A DNA stretch of 64,000 nucleotides, taken from the NCBI RefSeq assembly GCF_963921235.1, contig NC_086097.1:139688001-139752000 (forward strand), in the 5' to 3' direction. The notes under the pieces are model-generated. The model saw only the letters and a program-made list of their open reading frames with translations, made no database searches and was not told the origin of the DNA. The translations under genes and the position numbers were made by a program. The DNA comes from Mobula hypostoma (lineage: Eukaryota). Shown here piece after piece: positions 1 to 11,259 of the stretch; the stretch's first letter is position 1; every line of letters starts with the position of its first letter.

Positions 1-3000
1 AAGCTAAATAACACATTCCGGAACTTTAGATGAAGGAGTATATGCAATGTTCATTAATCTCCTAACATTGAAATACGAGAAACGATTTTTAATAAATCCT
101 GTCTGATCATCAGAAATAATTTGTGGCAGTACCTTTTCCAATCTATTTGCTATTATTTTAGAAAAAACTTTGGAATCTATATTCAACAAAGTTAAAGGTC
201 TATATGATGCACAATCAATAAGGTCTTTATCTTTTTTAGGGATTAAAGAAATGGATGCTTCATAAAAGGATTGTGGTAATTTACCTACAAGTAAGGCATC
301 CTTAAAAATTTTACATAGCCATGGTGAAAGTAAATTTGAAAAAGATTTATAAAATTCTTCTGAAAATCGATCCAAACCTGGTGCTTTTCCAGTATTCATC
401 GCAAAAATTGCTTTCTTAATATCATCTTCCGTAATGGATGCATCTAGTTCTAAGCGTTCATTAAGTGGTAAATTCGGAATGTTCAATTTCCTTAAAAGTT
501 CATGCATTATGGTAGATTCTTCAGGAAATTCCGCTTGATATAGAGAGGTATAAAATTCTTGAGAAGGTTTATTAATTTTGTCATGATCAACTGTCAGGGT
601 ACCATCCCGTTTAGAAACTTTACTAATCAGGCGTTTAGCCGAAGTAGCTTTCAGTTGGTCTGCCAATAATTTACCTGATTTATCACCATGTATATAAAAT
701 TGACTCTTAGTTTTAAGTAATTGATTTTCAATCAGGGAAATTAATAACAAATTATGTTGCATCTGAAGTTCAACCCTTCTATAGAGTTCTAGATTAGGAG
801 CAACAAAATATTTTTTATCAGTTTCTTTAATCTTATCAACCAATGTACATATTTCATTATTAATTCATTTTTTCAATCCAGCAGAATATGAAATAATTTG
901 CCCACGAATATATGCTTTAAAAGTATCCCACAATATTCCACTGGAAATTTCATCCGTAGAATTAGTTGAAAAGAAAAAAATCAGTCTGTTCTTTAATAAA
1001 ATTGGCTAAGTTTGAATCCTGAAGCAAAGTGGCTTTGAATCTCCATTGTCTAGCACTAGATATTACGTCGGTGAATTTAATTGATAGTTTCAGAGGTGCA
1101 TGATCAGAGACAGTAATTGCATCATATTCACATGCAATAACAGAAGAAACTAGTCAAGAATCAATAAAAAAATAATCAATTCTCAAATAACATGGGAAAA
1201 AAATTAACCCTAACCCTGAAACCCTGAAACCCTGAAACCCTGAAACCCTGAAACCCTGAAACCCTGAAACCCTGAAACCCTGAAACCCTGAAACCCTGAA
1301 ACCCTGAAACCCTGAAACCCTGAAACCCTGAAACCCTGAAACCCTGAAACCCTGAAACCCTGAAACCCGAAATTCCGGAATCAACTAAAAAGGAGTTAAT
1401 AAAAATAGTGGATTTGATTGGGGCAGACCTATCCATCAAAGAATTCAAGCAACAATTAAAGTCTCCACCCAGTATCAACTTATATTCATTTACATTAGGA
1501 AAAGATGCAAATAAATGCTTTTAAAATTCAGGATAGTCAGTATTTGGTGCATAAATATTAACCAAAACAACTTTTTGATTATAAAGTAAGCCAGTAATTA
1601 ACAGAAATCTACCAATCGGGGCTGAAATTGTTTCATAATGAACAAATGAAATCGAGGAGTCTATAAAAATAGAGACTCCTTTTACCTTAGATTGTTAATT
1701 AGAATGAAACTGTTGTTCCTTCTAAAACCCCAAAAAACACTGATTATCCACCCTCCTCACGTGAGTCTCCTGAGCAAAGATATTCTGAATATTCAGTCTA
1801 TGAAATACTTTAAAAATCTTCTTCTGTTTAATTGGATGATTCAAACCATTTACATTCCATGAAACAAAATTAATAACATTATCCACTTTACTACATTAAG
1901 CCAAATGGTATGCAAAGGGTTAACCTTACTGCACGGGAAACCCATGACTCAGGAAGAGGAAAAAGTTTAAAGAGGAACCGGAATCTACAACAATTCAAAC
2001 ATATTTGTAGTTTCGGAACATCCCAATTGGAAAATATTAAACTAAAAGTCCCCCACCCACCAGGCCTGAGTACGCTAACTAATCCCAAATGCATTACCCC
2101 CAACCCTCATGAAGGCATAACTCCAAATGGAAGGAATGTAATAAACCACCCACGGGCAAAACATTATGAGAGAAATACCAAGAAAAAAAACTGTTGTTGC
2201 GAGACATTTTGAAAGGCAAAATCTTGAAAAATTAAACAAAATACAATCTTATTAATATTTCGAAAAAAAATCAGTCACCAAGTCAAAATGTTAAACGAAC
2301 AGTTAAAAATACTTACATAAAATAATAAGAGAAAAGAAATCTTAACATAAAAGCATAATAAACATCTACACTCCAAAAAAAATATACAGGTATAATCCAA
2401 CCAGGAATGAGAATTCCTGAACTTTAAAGGCAAATCTACACGTTAGTTTTAAACTAATAAATAACTACATTCAAACATTAGAAAGCAGTAAGTTTATTAA
2501 ACAGTTGAAAACTAGTCAAGATCTTCAAGAAATTGATGTGCTTCCGTCACTGATTTAAACCATTTACGTGATTTATCTGGCAAAACAACCCTTAAACGCG
2601 CTGGATATAACAACGCAGGGTGTAATTTCCTTTGGTATAATTCCAACATCACCGACTTAAAAAGAGACCTCCCTTGTAACAACTCTGGACTAAAATCTTC
2701 CACCAAACGAAATCTGAGATCCCCCTGCTCAATCACTCCTTTCTGATATGCAACTCGAATTAAATGCTCCTTAGTATGCACATAGTGGAATCGTAGAACA
2801 ACGGCTCTGGGTTTTAAATCTTTCGGAGGTTTAACCCTTAACGAGCAATGAGCACAGTCTAATATAGGGGGGTTAGAAAACATTTCGGTACCGAATACCT
2901 CCATTAAAAATTGAGCAAAAAACTTAGTGGGGTCACCACTTTCAACATCCTCACGAAGTCCTATAATCTGTAGATTCTGTCTGTGACTGCAGTTTTCCAG

Positions 3001-3470
3001 GTCAATGACCTTTATATCGTTCCAATGCCTGAGTGGTCGAGATTTCTTTCTTCTCCAACGAGCTCAATCTGCAGTCTCTTTGTCTGCCATTTTTATCAAG
3101 ATCCGAAATTAGTTGTTGCTTTTCATTCTCACGTTTAATTGCTCCGAGTTGATCTTTAATATTATTTAACTTTATCTCGAGATTAGAAAAGCTTTTATCA
3201 AATTTATCAAGTTTGTCATCCAAAAGTTTGGATATAACTTCCAAAGTCAGTTGTGCCTGTTTAGACTGTTTAGGGTCGCCTCCTTCTCCATTTCCATTGT
3301 CGGTTTCCTTGCTCTCGGTTACTGCCTTTTTCCCTCTGGTTGTCATTTCCAAGAATTAAAAGTCAAAATTCAAGCATATAAAAATATTGTAAACACTTCA
3401 ATGTGAATACTAAACGGGTGGTAAATAAATGAAAAAAAGAACGGAGCAAAGTCAAGTGTGACTTACTCCA
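1..3470 (-). mobile_element. Degenerate L1/Tx1-clade LINE (ORF1, inter-ORF spacer, ORF2 endonuclease and start of RT; runs off the window's left edge)
   Basis: ORF1 pieces 3002-3352 (coiled-coil-like) and 2512-2904 (L1 ORF1p RRM/CTD-like, LLYPARLRV). ORF2 starts near 1886 with FVSWNVNGLN, then GGDFN and RIDYF endonuclease motifs. RT-proximal motifs KAPGLDRFSEEFYK, SYRPLTLLNIDSK and DQTGF occur in 4-843. Stops and frameshifts throughout. Confidence 0.9.
1205..1368 (-). repeat. Telomere-like tract: 19 perfect TTTCAGGG units plus two TTAGGG-type hexamers
   Basis: + strand reads TAACCC TAACCC (1205-1216), then (TGAAACCC)x19 at 1217-1368. Confidence 0.95.
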
Positions 3471-3474
3471 TCTG

Positions 3475-5875
3475 GTGCTTCAAGAGAGTCATCCTGAGGC
3501 TTCTGTACCACCTTTGATGGCAGCAGCAAGAAGAAAGCATGACATGAATGGTGGACATCCTTGATGATGGATGCTGCTTTCCTGCAACAGCACTCTGTGT
3601 GGATGTGCTCAGTGGTGGGGTGGGTTTTACCCATGATGGATTGGGCTGTATCCACTACTTTTTGTAGGATTTTCCATTCGAGGACATTGATGTTTCTACA
3701 CCAGTCCATGATACAACAAATCAGTATACCTCCCACAGCACATCTATAGATATGTCTTAAGTTTTTGCAGACTTCTAAGAAAGTACAGGCATAGCCATGT
3801 CTTCTTCTTAATGGCACTTGTGTGATCCTCTGAAATGAATACACCGAGGATTTTGAAGTTGCTGACCCTCTCCACCATTAACCCCCTGATGAAGACTGGC
3901 TCATGACCTCTGGTTTCCTGCTGCTGTAGTCAATAATCAGCTCCTTGGTCTTGCTGACATTGAGTGAGAGGTGGTTGTTGTGGCACCACTTAACTAGATT
4001 TTCAATCTTCCCACCTCTAATGCTGATTTGTCACCACCTTTAATTCAGCCAATAACAGTGGAGTCACTAACAAACTTGAATATGGCTTTGGCCCTGTGCT
4101 TAGACTCACAGTCAGAAGGGGGCTAAGCTCAGTTTTGTGGAGATTGTGAAGGTAATACTGTTGCCAATCAAAAATGACTAAGGTCTGCAAATGAGGAAAT
4201 GGAGGATGCAGTTGCTCAAGGAGGTGTTATGGTCTAGGTCTTAAAACATGTTGATTGGTTCTGACAGTATGATAGCATTGAATGTCGAGCTGCAGTCAAT
4301 GAAGAACATCCTGAAGTATACATCTTTGCTGTCCTGATGTTCCAGGGTTGATTAAGAGTTGACCTGTTGCGACGATAGCCAAATTGGAGTGGATCATAGT
4401 CTCAACTTCGGCAGGAGTTGGTATGTTTCATCACCAGCCTTCAAAGCACTTTATCACAGTGGATGCAAGTCTTACTGGATGAAAGACATTGAGGCAGGTC
4501 ACCATATTCTTCTTGGGCACCGGTATCATTGAAGCCTGCTTGAAGCAGGTGGGTACCTCAGACTGCTGAAGCAAGACGTTAAAGATATCAGTGAAAATTC
4601 CTGGCAGTTGATCTGCACAAGTCTTTAGGACTCAGCCAGGTAGCCCGTCTGGGCTGGATGCTTTCTGTGAGTTCTCCCTCCTAAAGGGTGCTCTCACATT
4701 GGCCTCAGAGACTGAAATCAGTGTTTTCGTGGGGCTGTGGGAATTCATGAAGGTGCTTCCATGTTTTATTGGTTAAAGCAAGCATAAATGGCATTGACCT
4801 CATCTGGGAGCAAAACCTTATTGTCACTTGGTTTCATTTTGTAGGAGGTGCAGGTGTTTAAACCCTGCCACAGCTGTTGAGCATCCTTCAGCTATTCAAA
4901 ATCGGTCTAGAATTGCCACTTGACACGAGAAGGCTTTTCAGAGATTGTACCTGGATCAGTTGTATTTTTTTTAGTCGGCAGACCTGAATGCTGCTGATCT
5001 GGCTCTTAGCAGATGCAGATCTCATGGTTCATGCAGGGATTCTGGTTGGGGAAGACTCAATGATTTTGTGGAGACACACTCATCTTCGACTATTTTTATA
5101 AAGTCCGTGACAGCTGTGGTATGTTCATTCAGATCCTCTGAGTTCTTGAACACAGCCCAGTCCACCAACTTGAAGCAATCCCATAGCCACTCCTCTGCCT
5201 CCCATGACCACCTCTTCATTGTCCTTATTTTTGGAGCCTTGCTCTTTAGGCTCTCCCTGTATGCAGGTAGGAGGAGGAAAGCCATGTGATCAGACTTTCC
5301 GAAATGTGGACTAATTGTAGTATAACAGCAGTTGAGTGTGTTGGGACTCCTGGTGCTGCAGGTAATATGCCGGAGATAATTGGGGAGAGATTTATTCAAG
5401 CAAGTCTGACTGAAATCTTTAGCAATGATTTGAAAGTGTCAGGGTAGGCTGTTTCTTGTTTGCTGATGGTGTCACTCAATACCTTGAGTGCTCACATAAC
5501 ATCAACCTTTAGCAATATGTAAACTGCAGTCAGGATCATGGAGGAGAACTCTTGATAAGTAGAATGGTCAGCACTTAATCACTTAAATTCCAGATCGGGA
5601 GAACAACAGCATGACAAAACTGCTACGTCCGAGCACCACAAAAGAGTTTATCATGAAACACAGATCACCTCCCCTCCCCCCCCACTTTCGCAGCCTTCCA
5701 AATTAGCAGTCCAGTCCATCCTGTGCATTGAGAAGCCCTCTAATCTTACCAATATTTTTGGCGTGTCCTGGGTGAGCCATGTCTCTATGAAACAGAACAC
5801 AGCAATTCCTCATTTCTCTCTGATGTAGCAATCTTGTTCTTTGGCAACTGTACATTTGCTAACAAGATGGGGGAA
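3475..5875 (-). mobile_element. Degenerate Rex1/Babar-type LINE
   Basis: Minus-strand remnants include PHFGKSDH...LLPAYR...WSWEAEEWLWDCF (5022-5399) and the C-terminal LQKVVDTAQSI...KAASIIKD segment (3452-3844). Confidence 0.75.
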
Positions 5876-6298
5876 GATAACTGGGTAAAAGAAGTTTAAT
5901 GCCCCATCGTTTATCTTGAAAGCCACGCTGTGGCACAAACCAAGAGCACAACAGTACAGTAACTCAACTACAACTATTTTACTTGAGCTATTTTATTTAT
6001 GGTACCTGGGACAATGCAGCTAGCTCCTGCGTTCTTAATTTCCTAAGTGGAAGAAGAAGTTTAGAGTGACCTAGAAAATAATTTGAGTATCTATCCCATG
6101 CTCAGGAAGCACTTCAAAGTGACTACAGTCAGCACTTCAGTTCAGTGTCTCTGAGCCTGAATGATTCAGCAGGAGGTGAATCGGCTGACACACACACTTC
6201 AAGTACTACAGTCCAGATCTATACACCTGTTACTCAGGGTCTTAAATTAACTTTTTTAATTTAGTAAAGTCTTTACTCAATGAATATTTGTAATTATA

Positions 6299-7103
6299 CA
6301 ATGGATTCCAGGTGATTGAGCCATCATTTATGTTTGATAGCTGATTATTTGGGACAACTTTTTTTTTAAAAAAAAACACTCAAACTAATTGAGAAAATAG
6401 CTGGATTTCCTTCATTTATTTGGGACACGATGTCATTTAATTGGGGTAGGAGACTATTGAACAGTTTCTCGTTAGCATCAGACACATGCACTTTTGTAGC
6501 TGTTAGACAAAACACCATGATTAGTGAAAACAGTTTTTAAGTAGAGGTAGTTGCACGTGCTTGTGTTCGAAATGCAGTAATTTTTTTTGTCACTGATAGT
6601 TGGTGAGAAATAAGTTGTAAGACAATTCAGAACCGTTTTGCTCACTGTGGTTTCAAGCATTCAGGCTTGAGATGCCAGATATGGCCGGGAGTGAAAATGG
6701 AATGGTTTCACTACTTCATGTTGGTATCTGCGAAGATTTGAAGGTATCAATAATCATCTTGAATGGAAGTGAAGATTTGAAGGATGCAGTCACGAAACCA
6801 TTGTATATAGGCAGTTTGCACTAAGTGTCTGCGCTGATTTTGTTCATTTACAGTCAATCAAAAGAACGTAGCAGTGTATAGGTACACTGGATGAATTCCT
6901 CCAATTATTAACTAATAGTGTTATAGTACTGTGGTGGTATTAAGTGTTCTAATTTGTTCTGTATTTCATTTAAATACATAATTTGCTATGCAGTTAAATG
7001 GTAGTGTGTCTTTTATTTATATACCTTTTTAAAATTTGAAACTTCGGCTAATTAGGCCAGAAAGTACCGGTTCTGATATGCCCAAATTAATCAGAATCCA
7101 ATG
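6299..7103. mobile_element. Tc1/mariner-pogo (Tigger-like) non-autonomous DNA transposon
   Basis: TA|CAATGGATTCCAGGTGATT ... AATTAATCAGAATCCAATG|TA: imperfect terminal inverted repeats with a TA target duplication. Confidence 0.65.
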
Positions 7104-7418
7104 TATCTAAATAATTTAAGTCCTTGTCTTGTAATATAAACCACTGTTCATGTTTGGAGCAATTAAAAAAAAACTTGCCAGCCACCTCTCTATTAAGTTA
7201 ATTTACAAGGAAATGCATCATCTCTTCCTCCCTCTACTCCACTAGATTTTCCTCCTAAGGTCACAAATTCCTTGCTCTGTACAACCAGTGCTCCATGAAC
7301 TTGGACTCTTGTCATTTTTGTGGCCAAAAGATGAGGTGTTTGAGTCTAATTATGTGATTTAAGGTTTTCCCTGTGTGCAGAGCTTTCACTCCTGGTTTCT
7401 TTCCCCTTTGTTTATTAG

Positions 7419-7742
7419 CCATGCGGCTGCTAGGCTGTCAGGTCCAGCCGGAGCTCAGACCTCGGGTCCAGCAGCCTCGGAGCCAGTGAATCCGGAGCCT
7501 CATCAGCCAGATGATGCCCCAGCTGCTCCCGTTGCAGCTGCCCCAGAGAACAGGCCCTTCAACCAGAACATTCAGATGAATGCCCAGGGGGGCCCAGTGC
7601 TCAATGATGAGGACCTGAATCGTGACTGGTTGGACTGGATGTACACTATGTCTCGTGCAGGCATCTTGCTGAGTATCGTCTACTTCTACTCCTCTTTCAG
7701 TCGTTTTGTCATGGTGATGGGAGCCATCCTGCTTGTTTATTT
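7419..7742 (+). CDS. HERPUD2: HERPUD2 (HERP2, ER-membrane ERAD protein), third-last coding exon
   Basis: Acceptor tttattag at 7418 and donor gtaagt at 7743. Encodes ...NIQMNAQGGPVLNDEDLNRDWLDWMYTMSRAGILLSIVYFYSSFSRFVMVMGAILLVYL, closer to HERPUD2 than to HERPUD1 as I recall those proteins. Confidence 0.95.
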
Positions 7743-8289
7743 GTAAGTATTATAACAAAAGAGCCCGTGGTATTACAGGAAAGGTGCTTGCATTGAAAGA
7801 GTATTGGCTGATCGGCAGAAAGCAAGGAGTGGGGAAAAAGGGATCCTTTTCTGATTGGCTGCTGGTGACCACTGGTGTTCCGCAGGAGTCCGTTGTATGT
7901 CAGTGATTTGGATGACAGAATTGGTGGCTTTGTGGCAAAGTTAGCGGATGGTACAAAGATGGGTGGAGGAGCAGGTTGTTTTGAGGAAGTAGAGAGACTG
8001 CAGAAGGACTTGGACAGATTAGGAGAATGGGCAAGAGATGGCGATGGAATAGTGTCGGGAAGTGTATGGTCATGCACATTGGAAAAGGAATAAAAGGAAA
8101 AACATTTCTAAACAGGGAGAAAATTCAAAAACTGAGGTACTAAGGGGCTTTGGAGTCCTCGTGCAGGATTCCCTAAAGGTTAATTTGCAGGTTGAGTCTG
8201 TGGTGAGGAAGGCATATGCAATATTAGCAACACCCATCAAAGTTGCTGGTGAACGCAGCAGGCCAGGCAGCATCTCTAGGAAGAGGTAC

Positions 8290-8325
8290 AGTCGACTTTT
8301 CAGGCCGAGACCCTTCGTCAGGACT
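8290..8325 (-). ncRNA. Hammerhead ribozyme motif, stem III mutated
   Basis: Reverse complement reads AGTC-CTGACGA-AGGGTCTCGGCCT-GAAA-AGTC-GACT, with C>A breaking the stem III palindrome. Confidence 0.6.
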
Positions 8326-8692
8326 AACTGAAGGAAGAGTTAGTAAGAGATTTGAGAGGGGGAGGGGGAGATCCAAAATGATAGGAGAAGACAGGAGGGG
8401 GAGGGATGGAGCCAAGAGCTGGACAAGTGATTGGCAAAGGGGACATTACAAGATCATGGGACAGGAGGTCTGGGAAGAAAGACGGGGGGGGGGGACCCAG
8501 AGGATGGGCAAGGGGTATAGTCAGAGGGGCAGAGGGAGAAAAAGGAGAGTGAGAGAAAGAATGTGTGTAATAAAAATAAATAACAGACGGGGTATCTTGG
8601 CTTCATCCCTCCCCCTCCTGTCTTCTCCTACCATTTTGGATCTCCCCCTCCCCCTCCCACTTTCAAATCTCTTACTAACTGTTCCTTCAGTT

Positions 8693-8728
8693 AGTCCTGA
8701 CGAAGGATCTCGGCCTGAAACGTCGACT
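8693..8728 (+). ncRNA. Minimal type I hammerhead ribozyme motif, core intact
   Basis: AGTC-CTGACGA-AGG(ATCTCGG)CCT-GAAA-CGTC^GACT. Stem I is AGTC/GACT, the CUGANGA and GAAA core boxes are present, stem II is short, stem III is the palindromic ACGU, and the GUC cleavage triplet ends at 8724. Confidence 0.75.
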
Positions 8729-10194
8729 GTACCTCTTCCTAGAGATGCTGCCTGGCCTGCTGCGTTCACCAGCAACTTTGATGTGTGTTGCTTGAATTTC
8801 CAGCATCTGCAGAATTCCTGTTGTTTGCAATATTAGCATTCATTTTGAGAGGACTAGAATATAAAAACAAGGATGTAATGCTGAAGCTTTATAAGGCATT
8901 GGTGAGGCCTCACTTGGAGCACTGTGAGTAGATTGGGCCTCTCCTTTAAGAAAGGATGTACTGATAAAGGAGGTTCATGAAAATGATTCTGAAAATGAAT
9001 CATTTATCACATGAGGAGCATTTAACGGCTTTGGGCATGTACTTGCTGGAATTTATAAGATGGGTGGGGGGATTCTCATTGAAACCTGTTGAATATTTAA
9101 AGACCAGGATAGAATGGATGTGGAGAGAATGTTTCCTATAGTGAGGGAGTCTAGGACCAGCAGGCACAACTGAATATAGGGACATCCATTGAGAACAGAG
9201 ATGAGGAAGAACTTCTTTAGCCAAAGGGTGATGAATTTGTGGAATTCGTTGCCACAGGCTGCTGTGGAGGCCAGGTTATTGAATGTATTTAAAGGGGAGT
9301 TTGTTTGATTCTTGAAAAGAGGGTGTGGGGAGAAGGCAGGAAGATAGGGTTGAGAGAGAAATGGAATGGAGGAGCAGTCTTGATGGGCCAAATAACCTAA
9401 TTTTGCTCCAATCTCTTTTGGTCTTTTAATTGAACTGAATGCCCCACAATTTCAAAAGGGTAACAGCCTATTCCCAATTTCTGTTTGGTCTTTTTGTTGT
9501 GTGGAAGACATGGAGCTGAAAATGAAGTCTAATTTTTTTATGGTGTTAAAAGGCCAATGGATTTGTTTTTCTTACTAGCAAAGCGCTGGTGTTAATCTTT
9601 GAGCTAATTTACAAGAGAAACACAAACTTGCTTTGCTGTAAATATTCCGATTCTTGTTATGGTTCTGACATTGCTTCCACACTGAACACCAGGCATGCCA
9701 AGTAACCTATAGTCTGTTGGGCAGTGAGTTAATACAACAGCAGGTTGAATCTTTTGGAAGATGTGCTTTTATGCTATATGTGTTCTTTTGTAGTATCCAG
9801 ATGAAGACACTGGTGCTGCTGTCTCCCATAGAACATAGAAAAGTACAGCATAAAAACAGGCTATTCAGCCCACAATGTTGTGCCGAACTAGCTAAAAAGT
9901 AAATCAAAAACACCCAAGCACCAATCCCTCCTACCTACACCATGTCCATATCCCTCCATCCTCCTTACATCCATGTGCCTATCCAAACGTCTCCTTAAAA
10001 ACTTCTAATGTATTTGCCTCTACCACCATACCAGCAGCACATTGCAAGCATCCACATTTCTGAGTCTTAAAAAAAACTTACCACTCACATCTCCTGCCCC
10101 TCCCCCCCCAAAAGCTCCCTCACACATTCAATACATGCCCTCTGGGTATTCGACATTTCAACCCTAGGAAGCAGATGCTCTGTCTATTCTATCT

Positions 10195-10807
10195 GTGGTG
10201 TGGTGTGGCCTCCGTCGGTCATGGTCGACCATGGGTACTGCGCCTCTGGTAACCACTGAGCTGGAGTGGCCTCTCCAGGGCGTGAGCCAGGGCAGAGTTG
10301 ATATGGAGATCCGTCTGTTGCCCATGCAGCGGGACCCCCCTCTCCATGCTGATGACAGGTCTGAAGGAATGACGAAAGTCGATACAGTTTGGTGCCAGCT
10401 GCATCGCAGGAGTTGCCGTGCCAGTACTGGGTACAGCAGTCAGCCACCTTCGGGACTCCAACTCCGGATTTTTCCTCAGGGTTTACTCCCAAAGCCTTTC
10501 CCGTGAGTGGGTATAGCTGCAAGGCAGCGGAGGTTTGAAATTGGAGTTTTCCCTCTCCTAGATGAGCTACCATCCGTGGTTAACGAACCCCATCTGCCCA
10601 GAGCAACTGGTCGTAAGGCGCCAGTGGCCCGCCTTTGCCCCTTCTCCTGTCAGTGAGAACAGCTCCGCTGGGCATAAGAACTATGCCACACGTGAAGGCC
10701 AGGAGTTGGACTTGGTTGTCAGAGGCTGATTGAGATGCACGGCATGAGGAGCATTTGTTTAGCAGTGGGAGCTCGTCCCCACTACCACCATTCGGCTATG
10801 ACTACCT
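10195..10807 (-). mobile_element. Short non-autonomous retroelement (probably RTE-related) inserted in an older LINE fragment
   Basis: 8-bp direct repeat TTCTATCT at 10187-10194 and 10808-10815, (CCACA)n-like 3' tail, no credible ORF. The family assignment is from recollection only. Confidence 0.55.
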
Positions 10808-11259
10808 TTCTATCTATGACTCTCATAATCTTGTAAAACTGCCTTCAGCCTGCGACACTCCAGAGAAAACTGCCCAAGTTTATCCAGTCTCTCATGATAG
10901 CACATCTTCTAAGCCAGACAGCATCCTTGTAAACCTCTTCTGCACCCTCTCCAAAACCTCAACATCCATCCTATAGTGGGGCAACCAGAACTCTATACTC
11001 CAGATGTGGTCCAGCCAGAGTTTTATAAAGTGCAACATAACCTCCTGACTTGAATTCAATGCCTCGACTAATAAAATCAAGCATTCCATAAGCTGCCTTA
11101 ACCACCTTACCGACCTGTGTAACCACTTTCAAGGAGTATGAACTTGGATCCCAAGATCTCTCTGCTCAGCAACACTGTTAAGTATCTTGCCCATAACAGT
11201 GTACTGTCTCATTGCATTTGACTAAGGAGCAACATCTTGTGTTCATCTGGGTTAAACTC

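Larger units (their letters stand above)
8230..8825. mobile_element. Non-coding Penelope-like pseudo-LTR insertion arranged as an inverted repeat
   Basis: Arms of about 190 bp (8230-8417 and 8595-8787) are reverse complements. Flanked by the 13-bp direct repeat TGCAATATTAGCA (8217-8229 and 8826-8838). Same sequence family as the tail of the GIY-YIG element at 60461-61539. Confidence 0.85.
7765..9425 (+). mobile_element. CR1 LINE 3' fragment, interrupted by a Penelope-derived insertion
   Basis: Remnants VAKLADGTKMGG, LQKDLDRLGEWA and VRPHLEHC, plus a CR1-type 3' UTR. Confidence 0.8.

Noticed and set aside
1154..1478. ORFs with FRVSGFQG repeats
   Set aside because: Translation of the 8-bp tandem repeat inside a dead L1.
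8243..8836. 197-aa ORF and its mirror-image minus ORF
   Set aside because: Products of the inverted pseudo-LTR arms; no protein family features.
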